From Chloroflexota bacterium (GTDB lineage Bacteria; Chloroflexota; UBA11872; VXNJ01), in contig OZ253449.1 of assembly GCA_965261345.1 (NCBI GenBank), positions 1,696,001 through 1,760,000 on the forward strand: a DNA stretch of 64,000 nt, given 5' to 3'. The position numbers and the translations under genes were made by a program. The notes beneath the pieces were generated by a model that saw only the letters and a program-made list of their open reading frames with translations, had not been told where the DNA came from and ran no database searches. Of the stretch, positions 9,919-18,774 are shown one piece after another (the first letter of the stretch is position 1; the number at the start of each line of letters is the position of its first letter).

Positions 9919-9931
9919 AGTAACGTAATAT
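9904..9931 (+). promoter_or_regulatory. Putative sigma70 promoter for lexA
   Basis: TTTACA-N16-TAATAT; overlaps the divergent promoter. Confidence 0.5.
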
Positions 9932-9966
9932 ATTTGTAAAGCTTATTCATTCGAATTCGTTAATAC

Positions 9967-9982
9967 TTTGAACTATTTCAAA
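9967..9982. promoter_or_regulatory. Inverted repeat TTTGAA-N4-TTCAAA, candidate LexA operator
   Basis: Perfect 6-bp arms ending 20 nt before the lexA ATG; LexA is normally autoregulatory. Confidence 0.45.
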
Positions 9983-10002
9983 CACGGATTGAGCAGGTAG
10001 AT

Positions 10003-10635
10003 ATGGCGCGATCGCTCACCGCCAAGCAGCGTCAGGTATTGGACGTGATCAGAACGTTCCAGGTCGAAAAGGGCTACAGTCCCAGCGTTCGGCAAATCGG
10101 GGAGAGCATCGGACTCTCGGCCGCCTCGGTTCAAGCCCATCTGGTGGCCCTGGACCGCAAGGGTTACCTGAATCGCACCGGTGAGGCGCACGGCCTAACC
10201 ACGCTTGAAAACCCGGACGAGCGGCTCCCGGTACGAGTTGCCCAGATCATCGGTTCGATTGCCGCCGGATCCCCGATCGAGGCGGTCACCGATTACGAGG
10301 GGTATTTGCCGCTGCCAGAAGAGATCACCCCCGACGACCCCGGCAATTTCTACGCCCTAAAGGTCCGCGGCGATTCGATGGTTGAGGATCACATCCTCGA
10401 TGGCGACTATGTGATCGTGCGCGCCCAGACCACTGCCAACGACGGCGACGTGGTGGTCGCGATTCTCGATGACGAGGCCGCGACCCTGAAACGCTTCTAC
10501 CGATTCGGGCCGTCCGGCTACCGCCTACAGCCGGCCAATTCGCAGATGGAGCCCATTTACACCAACCGGCTCGAAATCCGCGGCCTGGTGTTGGGGGTCT
10601 ACCGCGGGCACCTCAAGCGCGTGCCCCCGTCCTAG
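10003..10635 (+). CDS. lexA: SOS repressor LexA
   Basis: wHTH (LTAKQ..., YSPSVRQIG), IAAG cleavage site, catalytic Ser in VRGDSM and catalytic Lys in ATLKR. Confidence 0.95.
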   Translation: MARSLTAKQRQVLDVIRTFQVEKGYSPSVRQIGESIGLSAASVQAHLVALDRKGYLNRTGEAHGLTTLENPDERLPVRVAQIIGSIAAGSPIEAVTDYEGYLPLPEEITPDDPGNFYALKVRGDSMVEDHILDGDYVIVRAQTTANDGDVVVAILDDEAATLKRFYRFGPSGYRLQPANSQMEPIYTNRLEIRGLVLGVYRGHLKRVPPS

Positions 10636-10660
10636 CGCCCCGGCCGCCGGCGGGCGGCGG

Positions 10661-11023
10661 TCAGATGCGCTCGTAGCGATCCAGGTCCATTACGAAAACG
10701 GTGGCGCCGCCGACCTGGACCTCAACCGGGTATGGGATGTAGAACTCTCCCGGTTCCATGATCGGGGGGATCGGGTTGACGTGCTGGGTGCGGGTCTGGC
10801 AGTTGGCGCGCACGATCCGCAACAGTTCACTGAGGCGGTGTTCGGGAGCCCCGATCAGAAATGACACGTTGCCCTGGCGCAGAAATCCGCCGGCGGTGTT
10901 GATCCGGGTAAGACCGAACTGATGTTCGAGCAGATCGTCGGCCAGCGAATTTGCGTCCTCGTCCTGGACGATCGCAATTACCAGCTTGTGTTGCTCCGGA
11001 GCGCCAGATTGGCTAGCGGTCAC
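10661..11023 (-). CDS. darA: PII-like cyclic-di-AMP receptor DarA/PstA (YaaQ)
   Basis: KLVIAIVQDED, TAGGFLRQGN and VGGATVFV motifs; directly downstream of tmk as in Bacillus. Confidence 0.9.
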   Translation of the reverse strand: MTASQSGAPEQHKLVIAIVQDEDANSLADDLLEHQFGLTRINTAGGFLRQGNVSFLIGAPEHRLSELLRIVRANCQTRTQHVNPIPPIMEPGEFYIPYPVEVQVGGATVFVMDLDRYERI

Positions 11024-11069
11024 TTATCCCCCTAAATTCGCCCACCGGGCGGCGGAGTCGGTCAGCGGG

Positions 11070-11771
11070 TTAGAGAAGCTGGGATTGGCTGCGCCCGGCC
11101 GAAGCGGTTTGTCGCCGTTCCAGCAGGGCCTTAACCCGCGCCCAGATTCTAGGCAAGAGCTCGGATGCCTCTGATCCTCCGTCGAGCACTTCCCAGCGGT
11201 TTGGGGCGCCGGCGGCCAGCGCTAGGTACAGCCCGCGCACGCGATCCAGGAAGGCCGCCCCGCGCATTTCCATGCTCGAGAGGTGGCCGTTGCCCGGCTG
11301 CATGCCGGCCTTGCGCGAAAGGCCGACGGACGCGGGCACGTCGAGCAAGATCACAAGGTCGGGCACCAGGCCGGCGGTGGCAAAGTGATTGAGGCGAATC
11401 AGTTCGTCCATGTCAACTCCGGTTCCAGAACCCTGGTAGGCCACGGTGGAATCGGCGAAACGGTCGCAGACCACCACCGTCCCAGCATCCAGCGCCGGGC
11501 GGATTCGTTTTTCGACCAGGTGCGCCCGGGCGGCGTTGAATAGCAGGGCCTCAACCCGCGACGAGGTGGCATCGTGCAGATTGGCCTTTTCCCAGGTATC
11601 GCGCAGCCCTTCGGCAAATTCAGTTCCGCCGGGCTCCCGCACCCACAGGTTGGCCACTCCCTCCGCTTCAAGCATCCTGCAGAGGGTCTGCGAGAGCAGG
11701 GTCTTGCCGGATCCGTCGATCCCCTCGAAGGCGACCAGCAGACCCAGTTGGCGGGTGTGGCGTGGCGGCAT
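11070..11771 (-). CDS. tmk: Thymidylate kinase
   Basis: FEGIDGSGKT, REPGGT, CDRFADSTVAYQG and PDLVILLD motifs. Confidence 0.95.
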   Translation of the reverse strand: MPPRHTRQLGLLVAFEGIDGSGKTLLSQTLCRMLEAEGVANLWVREPGGTEFAEGLRDTWEKANLHDATSSRVEALLFNAARAHLVEKRIRPALDAGTVVVCDRFADSTVAYQGSGTGVDMDELIRLNHFATAGLVPDLVILLDVPASVGLSRKAGMQPGNGHLSSMEMRGAAFLDRVRGLYLALAAGAPNRWEVLDGGSEASELLPRIWARVKALLERRQTASAGRSQSQLL

Positions 11772-11816
11772 CAGCAGGACCGCCGGGCCGGCCGCATTCG
11801 GTTCACACCTGCCCCG

Positions 11817-13319
11817 TTAAGCGGTATTCGAGCCGGTGGCCGGGTCGGCCGATCCGTGCTCGGGGGTTGGAAAACGCAGCGCCTCGAAGGCATGCGCCAG
11901 CCCCTGGCGCACCCGCTCAAGGGCGGTTCCCTCAAGGACAAATACCGGCAGATCCAGATCGATCGCTCGGTCCAGGGCGGCGTCACGGTGGAAGTAGCTA
12001 GAGCGCGTGGCAATCAACAGCTCGGCCCGGTCCAGGTCACGCACCGGAGTCACGTCGATCCCCAGAGCGCGCGCGGCTTTGCGGATTTTGCCGGCCGAAA
12101 TCCCGTGCAGGTAGGGGCGCAAAGGGTCCGGATCCAGGGTGGCCTGCGCGATTGCGCGATCGGGCGGCTGGGCCAGGCGGGCCTGGTCAGAGCGGGATGG
12201 GCGCAGGGTGCGGCGATCAATTTGGACCTGGCCGCCGGCGAGGGTGCGCAATTCGGCGGCCACCGGTTCGCCGGCCAGGATGGCGTCGGCGGCGATCGCC
12301 AAATGGGTGTGCACCAGCAGTTGATTGCGCTGGGCGATTTCAATTAGGACATCAAAAGTGGGGGCCGCACGGCGCTCCAGCACCGCTTTCCGCGATCTCC
12401 GGCGCCGGGCCTCGCGATCGCCCAGGATCACATTTTCAATCCCGCCGACGAGCCCGTTCAGGGTCGGGTTGGTAATCAGGTTGTGCAGGCTGTTCCCATG
12501 CGCGGTGGCGATCAGTTGGATCCCTCGCTCGGCGATCGTACGGGCTGCCCGGGCCTCCTCGATCGTGCCGATCTCGTCGATGATGAGGACCTCCGGGGTG
12601 TGGTTCTCGACCGCTTCGATCATCACCTGGTGCTGCAACTCGGGCGAGGCGACCTGCATCCGGCGAGCCCGACCAATCCCCGGATGCGGGATGTCGCCGT
12701 CGCCGGCGATTTCGTTGGATGTATCCACCACCAGGACCCGGCGCCCCAAACCGGACGAGAGTTCGCGTGCGATCTCGCGCAACAAGGTTGTTTTGCCGAC
12801 CCCGGGGCGGCCGACCAAAAGCACCGAACTGCGTGCATCGATTACGTCGCGCACCAGGGCGACCTGCCCGTATATTGCCCGCCCGCGGCGCAGGGTCAGG
12901 CCCACGACCTCTCCGGCGCGGTTGCGGATCGCCGAAATCCGATGCAGGGTGCCCAGCAGCCCGGCGCGATTGTCGGCGTCGAATTGCCCGATTCGACGCA
13001 CTGCCGATTGCAGGGTTGCCGCGTCTACCTGCCAGCTGCCCAATTCGATGTCGCCCCAGGGAAAGCGGGCCAGCGGGCGGCGGCCGATATCGAGAACGAT
13101 CTCAACTAGGGCGTCGGCCTCGCGTTGGGCCCGCACCGGTTTGGCAATGGCTTCCGGGAGCACCGCCAGCAACGCTTCAAATTCGGCGCGGTCGGTCTCA
13201 GCGTAGTGCAAACTCGCGCCGCTTGGCGTGCCCAATTCATCAGCGCGGCCTGCGCGCTCGGCCTGGGGAGCTGGTTCGGTGCCGATCGAAATTAGCGACC
13301 CTGGGTGGTTAGCGTTCAA
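11817..13319 (-). CDS. Ycf45/SpoIIIAA-family ATPase
   Basis: LHRISAIRNR, GRPGVGKTT, VDTSNEIAGDGD, EAVENHTPE, IIDEIG and ATAHG motifs; exact start uncertain. Confidence 0.88.
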   Translation of the reverse strand: MNANHPGSLISIGTEPAPQAERAGRADELGTPSGASLHYAETDRAEFEALLAVLPEAIAKPVRAQREADALVEIVLDIGRRPLARFPWGDIELGSWQVDAATLQSAVRRIGQFDADNRAGLLGTLHRISAIRNRAGEVVGLTLRRGRAIYGQVALVRDVIDARSSVLLVGRPGVGKTTLLREIARELSSGLGRRVLVVDTSNEIAGDGDIPHPGIGRARRMQVASPELQHQVMIEAVENHTPEVLIIDEIGTIEEARAARTIAERGIQLIATAHGNSLHNLITNPTLNGLVGGIENVILGDREARRRRSRKAVLERRAAPTFDVLIEIAQRNQLLVHTHLAIAADAILAGEPVAAELRTLAGGQVQIDRRTLRPSRSDQARLAQPPDRAIAQATLDPDPLRPYLHGISAGKIRKAARALGIDVTPVRDLDRAELLIATRSSYFHRDAALDRAIDLDLPVFVLEGTALERVRQGLAHAFEALRFPTPEHGSADPATGSNTA

Positions 13320-13905
13320 TGGCGATTTTATTTAGGAAGTGACGGTGAATCCGCAGATCCGCGGTCAGCTCGGGGTGAAAGCAGGTCCCCAGCAGGTTCC
13401 CCTGTTCGACCGCAACGACCCCGGCCGGAATTTGCGAGAGCACTGCTACGCGGTCGCTGTGCCCGGTAATCAGCGGCGCCCGGATGAACACGCCGGGGAA
13501 CGGCTCATCACCAATTGCAGGGATGGTCAGATCCTGCTCGAAGCTGTCGATCTGGGAGCCGAAGGCGTTCCGGGCGACGGTAATTTCCAGCAGCGAGAGG
13601 ATCGGCTGGCAGCGGCCGCAATCCGAACTGAGGAAGATCAACCCGGCACAGGTTCCCCATATCGACCGCCCGGCGGCGGCAAAGTCAGCGATGGCATCGA
13701 TGAACCCGTAGCGGCGGGCCAGCTTTCCAAGGGTCGTGCTCTCCCCGCCGGGGATTATGAGGCCGTCCAGCCCGGCAAGCTGCTCGGGCAGGCGAACCGC
13801 CTGGGAACAGATGTCCAGACGCCTTAGCGCGGCCAAGTGCTCGGCGAAATCACCCTGGATCGCCAGCACGCCAACCAGCGGCCGGGGCCGGCCCGATTCA
13901 GCCAA
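13309..13905 (-). CDS. pdxT: PLP synthase glutaminase subunit
   Basis: GVLAIQGDF, PGGEST, WGTCAG, RNAFG and FHPEL motifs. Confidence 0.96.
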   Translation of the reverse strand: MAESGRPRPLVGVLAIQGDFAEHLAALRRLDICSQAVRLPEQLAGLDGLIIPGGESTTLGKLARRYGFIDAIADFAAAGRSIWGTCAGLIFLSSDCGRCQPILSLLEITVARNAFGSQIDSFEQDLTIPAIGDEPFPGVFIRAPLITGHSDRVAVLSQIPAGVVAVEQGNLLGTCFHPELTADLRIHRHFLNKIAIER

Positions 13906-13910
13906 GCCGC

Positions 13911-14897
13911 TTAGTGTCCGCGGTCGGCCAATCGCTCGGCGGCGGCTAACGAATCGGCCGCGATTCCAGACATCGCAATGTCAATCCCGCGCGCGGCCTC
14001 GGCCACTAGGTCGAATCGTTCATAGTGCAGGGTGGCCTCCACGATCGAACGGGCCAGTTTGCGCGCAAACGGCGCCCAGGCCTCAAAATTTGCCGGGTCG
14101 GCGATATCCAAACCGGCACCGCGGATGGCGATCGCCTTCTCCTTAGCGGCCTTAAAAATCCCCGAGCCGACGAATATTCCCTCGGCTCCCAGGTGCATCA
14201 TCAGGGCCGCATCGGCCGGGCTGGCGATCCCGCCGGCGGCAAAGTTGACGACCGGCAACCGGCCGGAACGGCTAACTTCCACGACCAATTCGTAGGGGGC
14301 TTCCAGTTTTTTGGATGCCGCCATCAATTCGTCGCCGCCGAGGGTGGAAAGCCAGCGGATCTGGCCCTGCACGGTGCGCATGTGACGGACCGCCTCGACC
14401 ACGTCGCCGGTGCCGGCCTCGCCCTTGGTGCGAATCATCGCCGCACCCTCGCCGATCCGCCTAAGCGCCTGGCCCAGGTCCAGGGCCCCGCAGACGAACG
14501 GGATTTTGAAATCATGTTTGTCAACATGGTTGGCGCTGTCGGCGACCGAGAGGACCTCGGACTCGTCGATGTAGTCAAGCCCCAGCGCCTCGATGATCCG
14601 GGCTTCGACAAAATGACCGATCCGACACTTGGCCATGACCGGGATGGATACCGAATTTTTGATGTCGACGAGTACGTCGACCGGCGACATCCGGGCCACT
14701 CCGCCCTGCGCCCGGATATCGGCCGGGACCCGTTCTAAGGCCATCACCGAGACCGCCCCGGCCTCCTCGGCGATTTCCGCCTCGGCTGCCGTGGTCACAT
14801 CCATGATCACACCACCCTTGAGCATCCGCGCCAGGCCGGTCTTGGCGTTCCAGGTCCCGGTCTGTCCGTTTGCCTTAACGCTCAAAGCTGTGTCCAA
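13911..14897 (-). CDS. pdxS: PLP synthase lyase subunit
   Basis: [40 protein letters not shown] and NFAAGG motifs. Confidence 0.97.
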   Translation of the reverse strand: MDTALSVKANGQTGTWNAKTGLARMLKGGVIMDVTTAAEAEIAEEAGAVSVMALERVPADIRAQGGVARMSPVDVLVDIKNSVSIPVMAKCRIGHFVEARIIEALGLDYIDESEVLSVADSANHVDKHDFKIPFVCGALDLGQALRRIGEGAAMIRTKGEAGTGDVVEAVRHMRTVQGQIRWLSTLGGDELMAASKKLEAPYELVVEVSRSGRLPVVNFAAGGIASPADAALMMHLGAEGIFVGSGIFKAAKEKAIAIRGAGLDIADPANFEAWAPFARKLARSIVEATLHYERFDLVAEAARGIDIAMSGIAADSLAAAERLADRGH

Positions 14898-14906
14898 TTG
14901 ATCCTT

Positions 14907-14920
14907 GACCTGATCAGGTC
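14907..14920. promoter_or_regulatory. 14-bp palindrome GACCTGATCAGGTC next to the pdxS ribosome-binding site
   Basis: Perfect palindrome whose stem can extend over the AAGG Shine-Dalgarno on the minus strand. Confidence 0.5.
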
Positions 14921-14964
14921 TAAGGGAGATTTATTGCCGATTGGCGATTTTAGGACCGCCGCGG

Positions 14965-15483
14965 TCAGTCGTCACCGAGGTCGTCCAGATCGAGTTGGCC
15001 GATGAAGTCGGCAAACGGTTTGAGGCTCTCCTCGGTAACCGGCTCCTCCTGGGGGTCGGCCGATTCGGCTTCGGGTTCCAGCCCGGCCTGGTCGAGCACC
15101 GTCTGGGCGCAGTAGATCGGGACATCGGCCCGCACCGCCAGGGCGATTGCATCCGAGGGTCGCCCGTCGATGATCTTGTGCTCTTCCTCGCGGGCCAGCA
15201 CGATGTCGGCGTAGAAGACCTGATCACTCAATTCGCGGATGACGACTTTCTCCACATGCCAGCCGAGATCCTCGATCGTCTGCCACAGCAGGTCGTGGGT
15301 AAGCGGACGCATCGGAGCATCCTCTTTCAGGTTTACCAGCTTGATGGCGATGGCGTCGGCTTCGTGCCCGCCGATGGTAATGGGCAGGTAGCGGCGGCGG
15401 TCCTTTTGGCGCAACCAGATCGTCCGGGACGGGTTTACGAGGTTTAGCCGAACGCTGTCGACAACCATTTCAACTTCATTCAT
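14965..15483 (-). CDS. Bifunctional nuclease family protein (DUF151)
   Basis: LPITIGGHEA, RPLTHDL and DGRPSDAIALA motifs; acidic tail. Confidence 0.9.
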   Translation of the reverse strand: MNEVEMVVDSVRLNLVNPSRTIWLRQKDRRRYLPITIGGHEADAIAIKLVNLKEDAPMRPLTHDLLWQTIEDLGWHVEKVVIRELSDQVFYADIVLAREEEHKIIDGRPSDAIALAVRADVPIYCAQTVLDQAGLEPEAESADPQEEPVTEESLKPFADFIGQLDLDDLGDD

Positions 15484-16696
15484 CCAAACCGAAGGCCGTG
15501 TGCAGGACCCTGGCTCCTTCCACTAAATACTCCTCCCCAATCAGACAGGTTACCCGAATTTCACTGGTTGTAATTCCGCAAATGTTAATCCCGGCCGCGG
15601 CCAGCGCGCCAAACATCCGGGCGGCCACTCCTGGGGTGGAAACCATCCCGGTGCCCACCACCGACAGCTTGCCAATTGCCGGGTCGGCGGTGACTGTGCT
15701 GGCATCGATCGTCCGCGCCGCTTTTTCGGTTGCGGCGTGAGCCGCGTCAAGGTCGGCGCGCTGGACCGTAAACGATATGTCGGTTAGTCCGCGATGCGAA
15801 ACGTTCTGGACGATTACATCGACACTGATGCCGGCCTCGGCCAGCGGGGCAAATATCGAGTGGGCTAACCCCGGGCGGTCGGGCACGCCGGCGACCGTAA
15901 TCTGGGCCACGCCGGCGTCATCGACGACCGCACGGGCGCCGGCCCCGGTCTCGATGTCGATCTGATCGGCGTTCATGATCCACGTTCCCGGATTGGAATT
16001 AAAACTCGAACGTACCTCTATTTGGACCCCGTTGCGGCCGGCCACCTCGATCGAACGCGGGTGCATGACCCCGGCCCCGAGTACCGCCATCTCCAGAATT
16101 TCTTCATAGCTGATTCGATCGATCTTAGATGCCCTGGGAACAACCCGCGGATTGGCCGAATAGATGCCGTCGACATCGGTGTAGATGCGGCAGTGATCGG
16201 CTCCCAGCGCGGTTGCCAGCGCGACCGCGGTGGTGTCGGAGGCCCCGCGGCCCAGGGTGGTGACCTGACCGTCGGCCGACGCCCCTTGAAAACCGGCCAC
16301 GATCGGGGTTCGTCCGTCATCCAGGGCGGTACGCAATCTGGCCGGGGCGATGTGCTGGATCCGGGCCCGCCCGTGGAGATGGTCGGTTACGATCCCGGCC
16401 GCCTGTCCGGTCAGAGCCACCGCGGGGTGGCCGCGGGCGTTGAGCGCGGCCGAGAGCAGCGCACAGGACACGACCTCGCCGGTGGAGAGCAGCAGGTCGA
16501 GGTCGCGCCCCGCCACATCGGCTCCCAGTTGACGGGCCAGCGAAAGCAGGGCATCGGTTGTTTTACCCATCGCCGAGGCCGCAATTACCGGCCGCCACCG
16601 CTCGGCGGCGGCGTGGATGATCTCAATGACGGCGGCGATCCGGCCGGGATCGGCCAGGGAGCTGCCGCCAAATTTCATTACCAGGATTGGGGTCAT
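15476..16696 (-). CDS. lysC: Aspartate kinase
   Basis: VMKFGGSS, SAMGKTTD, TTLGRGASD, YTDVDG and two ACT domains; start set to ATG 16696. Confidence 0.95.
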   Translation of the reverse strand: MTPILVMKFGGSSLADPGRIAAVIEIIHAAAERWRPVIAASAMGKTTDALLSLARQLGADVAGRDLDLLLSTGEVVSCALLSAALNARGHPAVALTGQAAGIVTDHLHGRARIQHIAPARLRTALDDGRTPIVAGFQGASADGQVTTLGRGASDTTAVALATALGADHCRIYTDVDGIYSANPRVVPRASKIDRISYEEILEMAVLGAGVMHPRSIEVAGRNGVQIEVRSSFNSNPGTWIMNADQIDIETGAGARAVVDDAGVAQITVAGVPDRPGLAHSIFAPLAEAGISVDVIVQNVSHRGLTDISFTVQRADLDAAHAATEKAARTIDASTVTADPAIGKLSVVGTGMVSTPGVAARMFGALAAAGINICGITTSEIRVTCLIGEEYLVEGARVLHTAFGLDE

Positions 16697-16789
16697 TGCC
16701 GTTCGGTCGCGTAACTTTGATGGTGCCAGAAACAATTGCTCGCCGATTATCCTGGCGCATTCGGCTGGGATTGTTGGCACAATGGATTT

Positions 16790-17485
16790 ATGAACGCATC
16801 AACTAGATCACGCGGCCCGAGCTCGACGCCGACGGTTGAGGACTACCTCCTGGCGATCGCCAGCTTTGACTACGAACACATGCCGGTCATCGCCGCCCGC
16901 CTGGCCGAACGACTCAAGGTCTCGGCCCCGACCGTATCGGCGACCATCAAGCGGATGGTTCGCGACGGTTGGGTAAGCATCGCCGACGGCCACCGGATCG
17001 AGCTGACCGACCGCGGACGCGTTCGCTCGGAGCGGATCGTGCGCCGGCACCGCCTCATCGAACGTTGGTTGGAAGACCAGCTCGGGCTCGAATGGTCGGC
17101 CCTGCACGAGGAGGCAGACCGGCTAGAACATTCAGTCTCAGATCGGCTCGAGCAGCGAATTTCCGAAGCCCTCGGACACCCCGAGACCTGTCCGCACGGC
17201 AATCCGATCCCGGGCAATGTGCGCACCTGGACCCGCGAAGGCCTATCCCAGCTCAGCCAGGTCGCCGTGGGCGGCACCGTCGTGGTCCGCCGCATCTCGG
17301 AGTTGATCGAGGAGGAGACTCAACTACTCTCCTTCATCCAGACCTCGGGCTTAACTCCGGGCAGCACGGTCCGGGTGGCCGGTCGCTTTGCCAGCGGTGT
17401 AATGGACGTAAACGTCGGCGGCCGTTACGTCCAAGTCGACCGGCGGGTCGGCGACAGTGTTTGGGTCTTGCCGAACCGCAAATAA
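16790..17485 (+). CDS. DtxR/MntR-family metal-dependent repressor with FeoA-like C-terminal domain
   Basis: EDYL, VSAPTVS, RRHRLIE, EEADRLEH and CPHGNPIP motifs. Confidence 0.92.
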   Translation: MNASTRSRGPSSTPTVEDYLLAIASFDYEHMPVIAARLAERLKVSAPTVSATIKRMVRDGWVSIADGHRIELTDRGRVRSERIVRRHRLIERWLEDQLGLEWSALHEEADRLEHSVSDRLEQRISEALGHPETCPHGNPIPGNVRTWTREGLSQLSQVAVGGTVVVRRISELIEEETQLLSFIQTSGLTPGSTVRVAGRFASGVMDVNVGGRYVQVDRRVGDSVWVLPNRK

Positions 17486-17528
17486 TCGGACCCGGCCGCC
17501 AAATCTTTAGTCGGCCGCTGGTGATTCG

Positions 17529-18617
17529 GTGAATCCGATCGGCCTGCTGGGTTTAACTCGCGGTTTTCTCCTCGAATTTTTGCGCGACCGGACCGCGCTT
17601 TACTTCAGTTTGATATTCCCGCCGATCTTTACGTTGGTAATCGCGGTAATCATCAGCGCCTTTGCCGGTTCGAGCACCTTTTCGCTGGGCCTGGTGCGCC
17701 AGGACGATTCGGCCTCGGCCCGGGCGGTGAGCCAGGCCCTGCAGATCTCGCCGTCATTCGTGGTTTCCGAGGGCGATCTGGATGCCGAAATGGCGGCCCT
17801 GCGGCTGGGCAAACGCCAGCTGGTGCTAGACATTGCGCCCGGCTACGGGTCTAAATTGAGCGAGCGTGGGCAGGTGGCAATTGAGGTGTACTTTGATGAC
17901 GGCGACCCGGCGACGCGTCAGGTCGCGGTGCCCGCCCTGGCCCAGATCCTTAACTCGGTCGACCGTAGGCTGGCTGGCAGCCTGCCGCGGGTTGAGCTTT
18001 CGGCCATTCCGCTCTCAACTCGCAAGCTGGAAACCATCGATTTCGTTGGGCCCGGGATCATCGCCTTCTCGATCATGCAGCTCGGGGTTTTTTCGGCGGT
18101 CGCCATGGTTGCCCGCCGTGAGAAGCAGATCCTCAAAAGGGTGGCCGCTACCCCGGCCACCAAGGCCATGGTGCTGGCTTCCAACATCGCCGTGCGAGTG
18201 GTCATCAGCGCGGTCCAGACCACCAGCCAGATATTGATTCTGGTCTTGGGCTTTGGCCTCGATTTTGCCAACCCGCTGCCGATTGCCGCAGTTCTGCTGC
18301 TGGGCACGCTGGTTTTTGTGGGGCTGGGCTTTTCGATTGCCTCGTTTGCTCCCACCGCCGAAGCAATGCTGCCGATCGTGCAGCTGATCTCGTTACCGAT
18401 GTTCGTCCTGGCCGGTGTGTTCTTTCCGCTTGACGAATTTCCGCGCCCGCTGCAGTGGCTAGCGACCCTGCTCCCGCTTACCTACCTGGCGGATGCGGTT
18501 CGGCAATTGATGATCGACACCGCCGGCCGGTACCCAATGGGGCTAAACCTGGGCATGCTCCTCGCCTGGATCGGCGCCGGGTATGCGATCGCGGTGTGGC
18601 GCTTCCGCTGGGAATAG
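17529..18617 (+). CDS. ABC-2 type exporter permease (paralog 1)
   Basis: N-terminal TM, extracytoplasmic domain and multi-TM C-terminus (GVFFP, PLTY). Confidence 0.88.
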   Translation: MNPIGLLGLTRGFLLEFLRDRTALYFSLIFPPIFTLVIAVIISAFAGSSTFSLGLVRQDDSASARAVSQALQISPSFVVSEGDLDAEMAALRLGKRQLVLDIAPGYGSKLSERGQVAIEVYFDDGDPATRQVAVPALAQILNSVDRRLAGSLPRVELSAIPLSTRKLETIDFVGPGIIAFSIMQLGVFSAVAMVARREKQILKRVAATPATKAMVLASNIAVRVVISAVQTTSQILILVLGFGLDFANPLPIAAVLLLGTLVFVGLGFSIASFAPTAEAMLPIVQLISLPMFVLAGVFFPLDEFPRPLQWLATLLPLTYLADAVRQLMIDTAGRYPMGLNLGMLLAWIGAGYAIAVWRFRWE

Positions 18618-18774
18618 TCGCGGGCCTGCGGGCCCCTTAACCACCCTTGTCAAAACGCCGCTGCGGCGTTGCCCGAACGCTGCCACCGGCCGACTAATTC
18701 GGATAATGGATTCGTCCGCAAAGACAAGATCGACCGTCCTTACGTAAGGTCGGGGATTTCTAAGGCACACGAAT

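Noticed and set aside
16697-16789. Lysine riboswitch upstream of lysC
   Set aside because: The spacer is only about 93 nt and is shared with the divergent regulator, too short for the aptamer.
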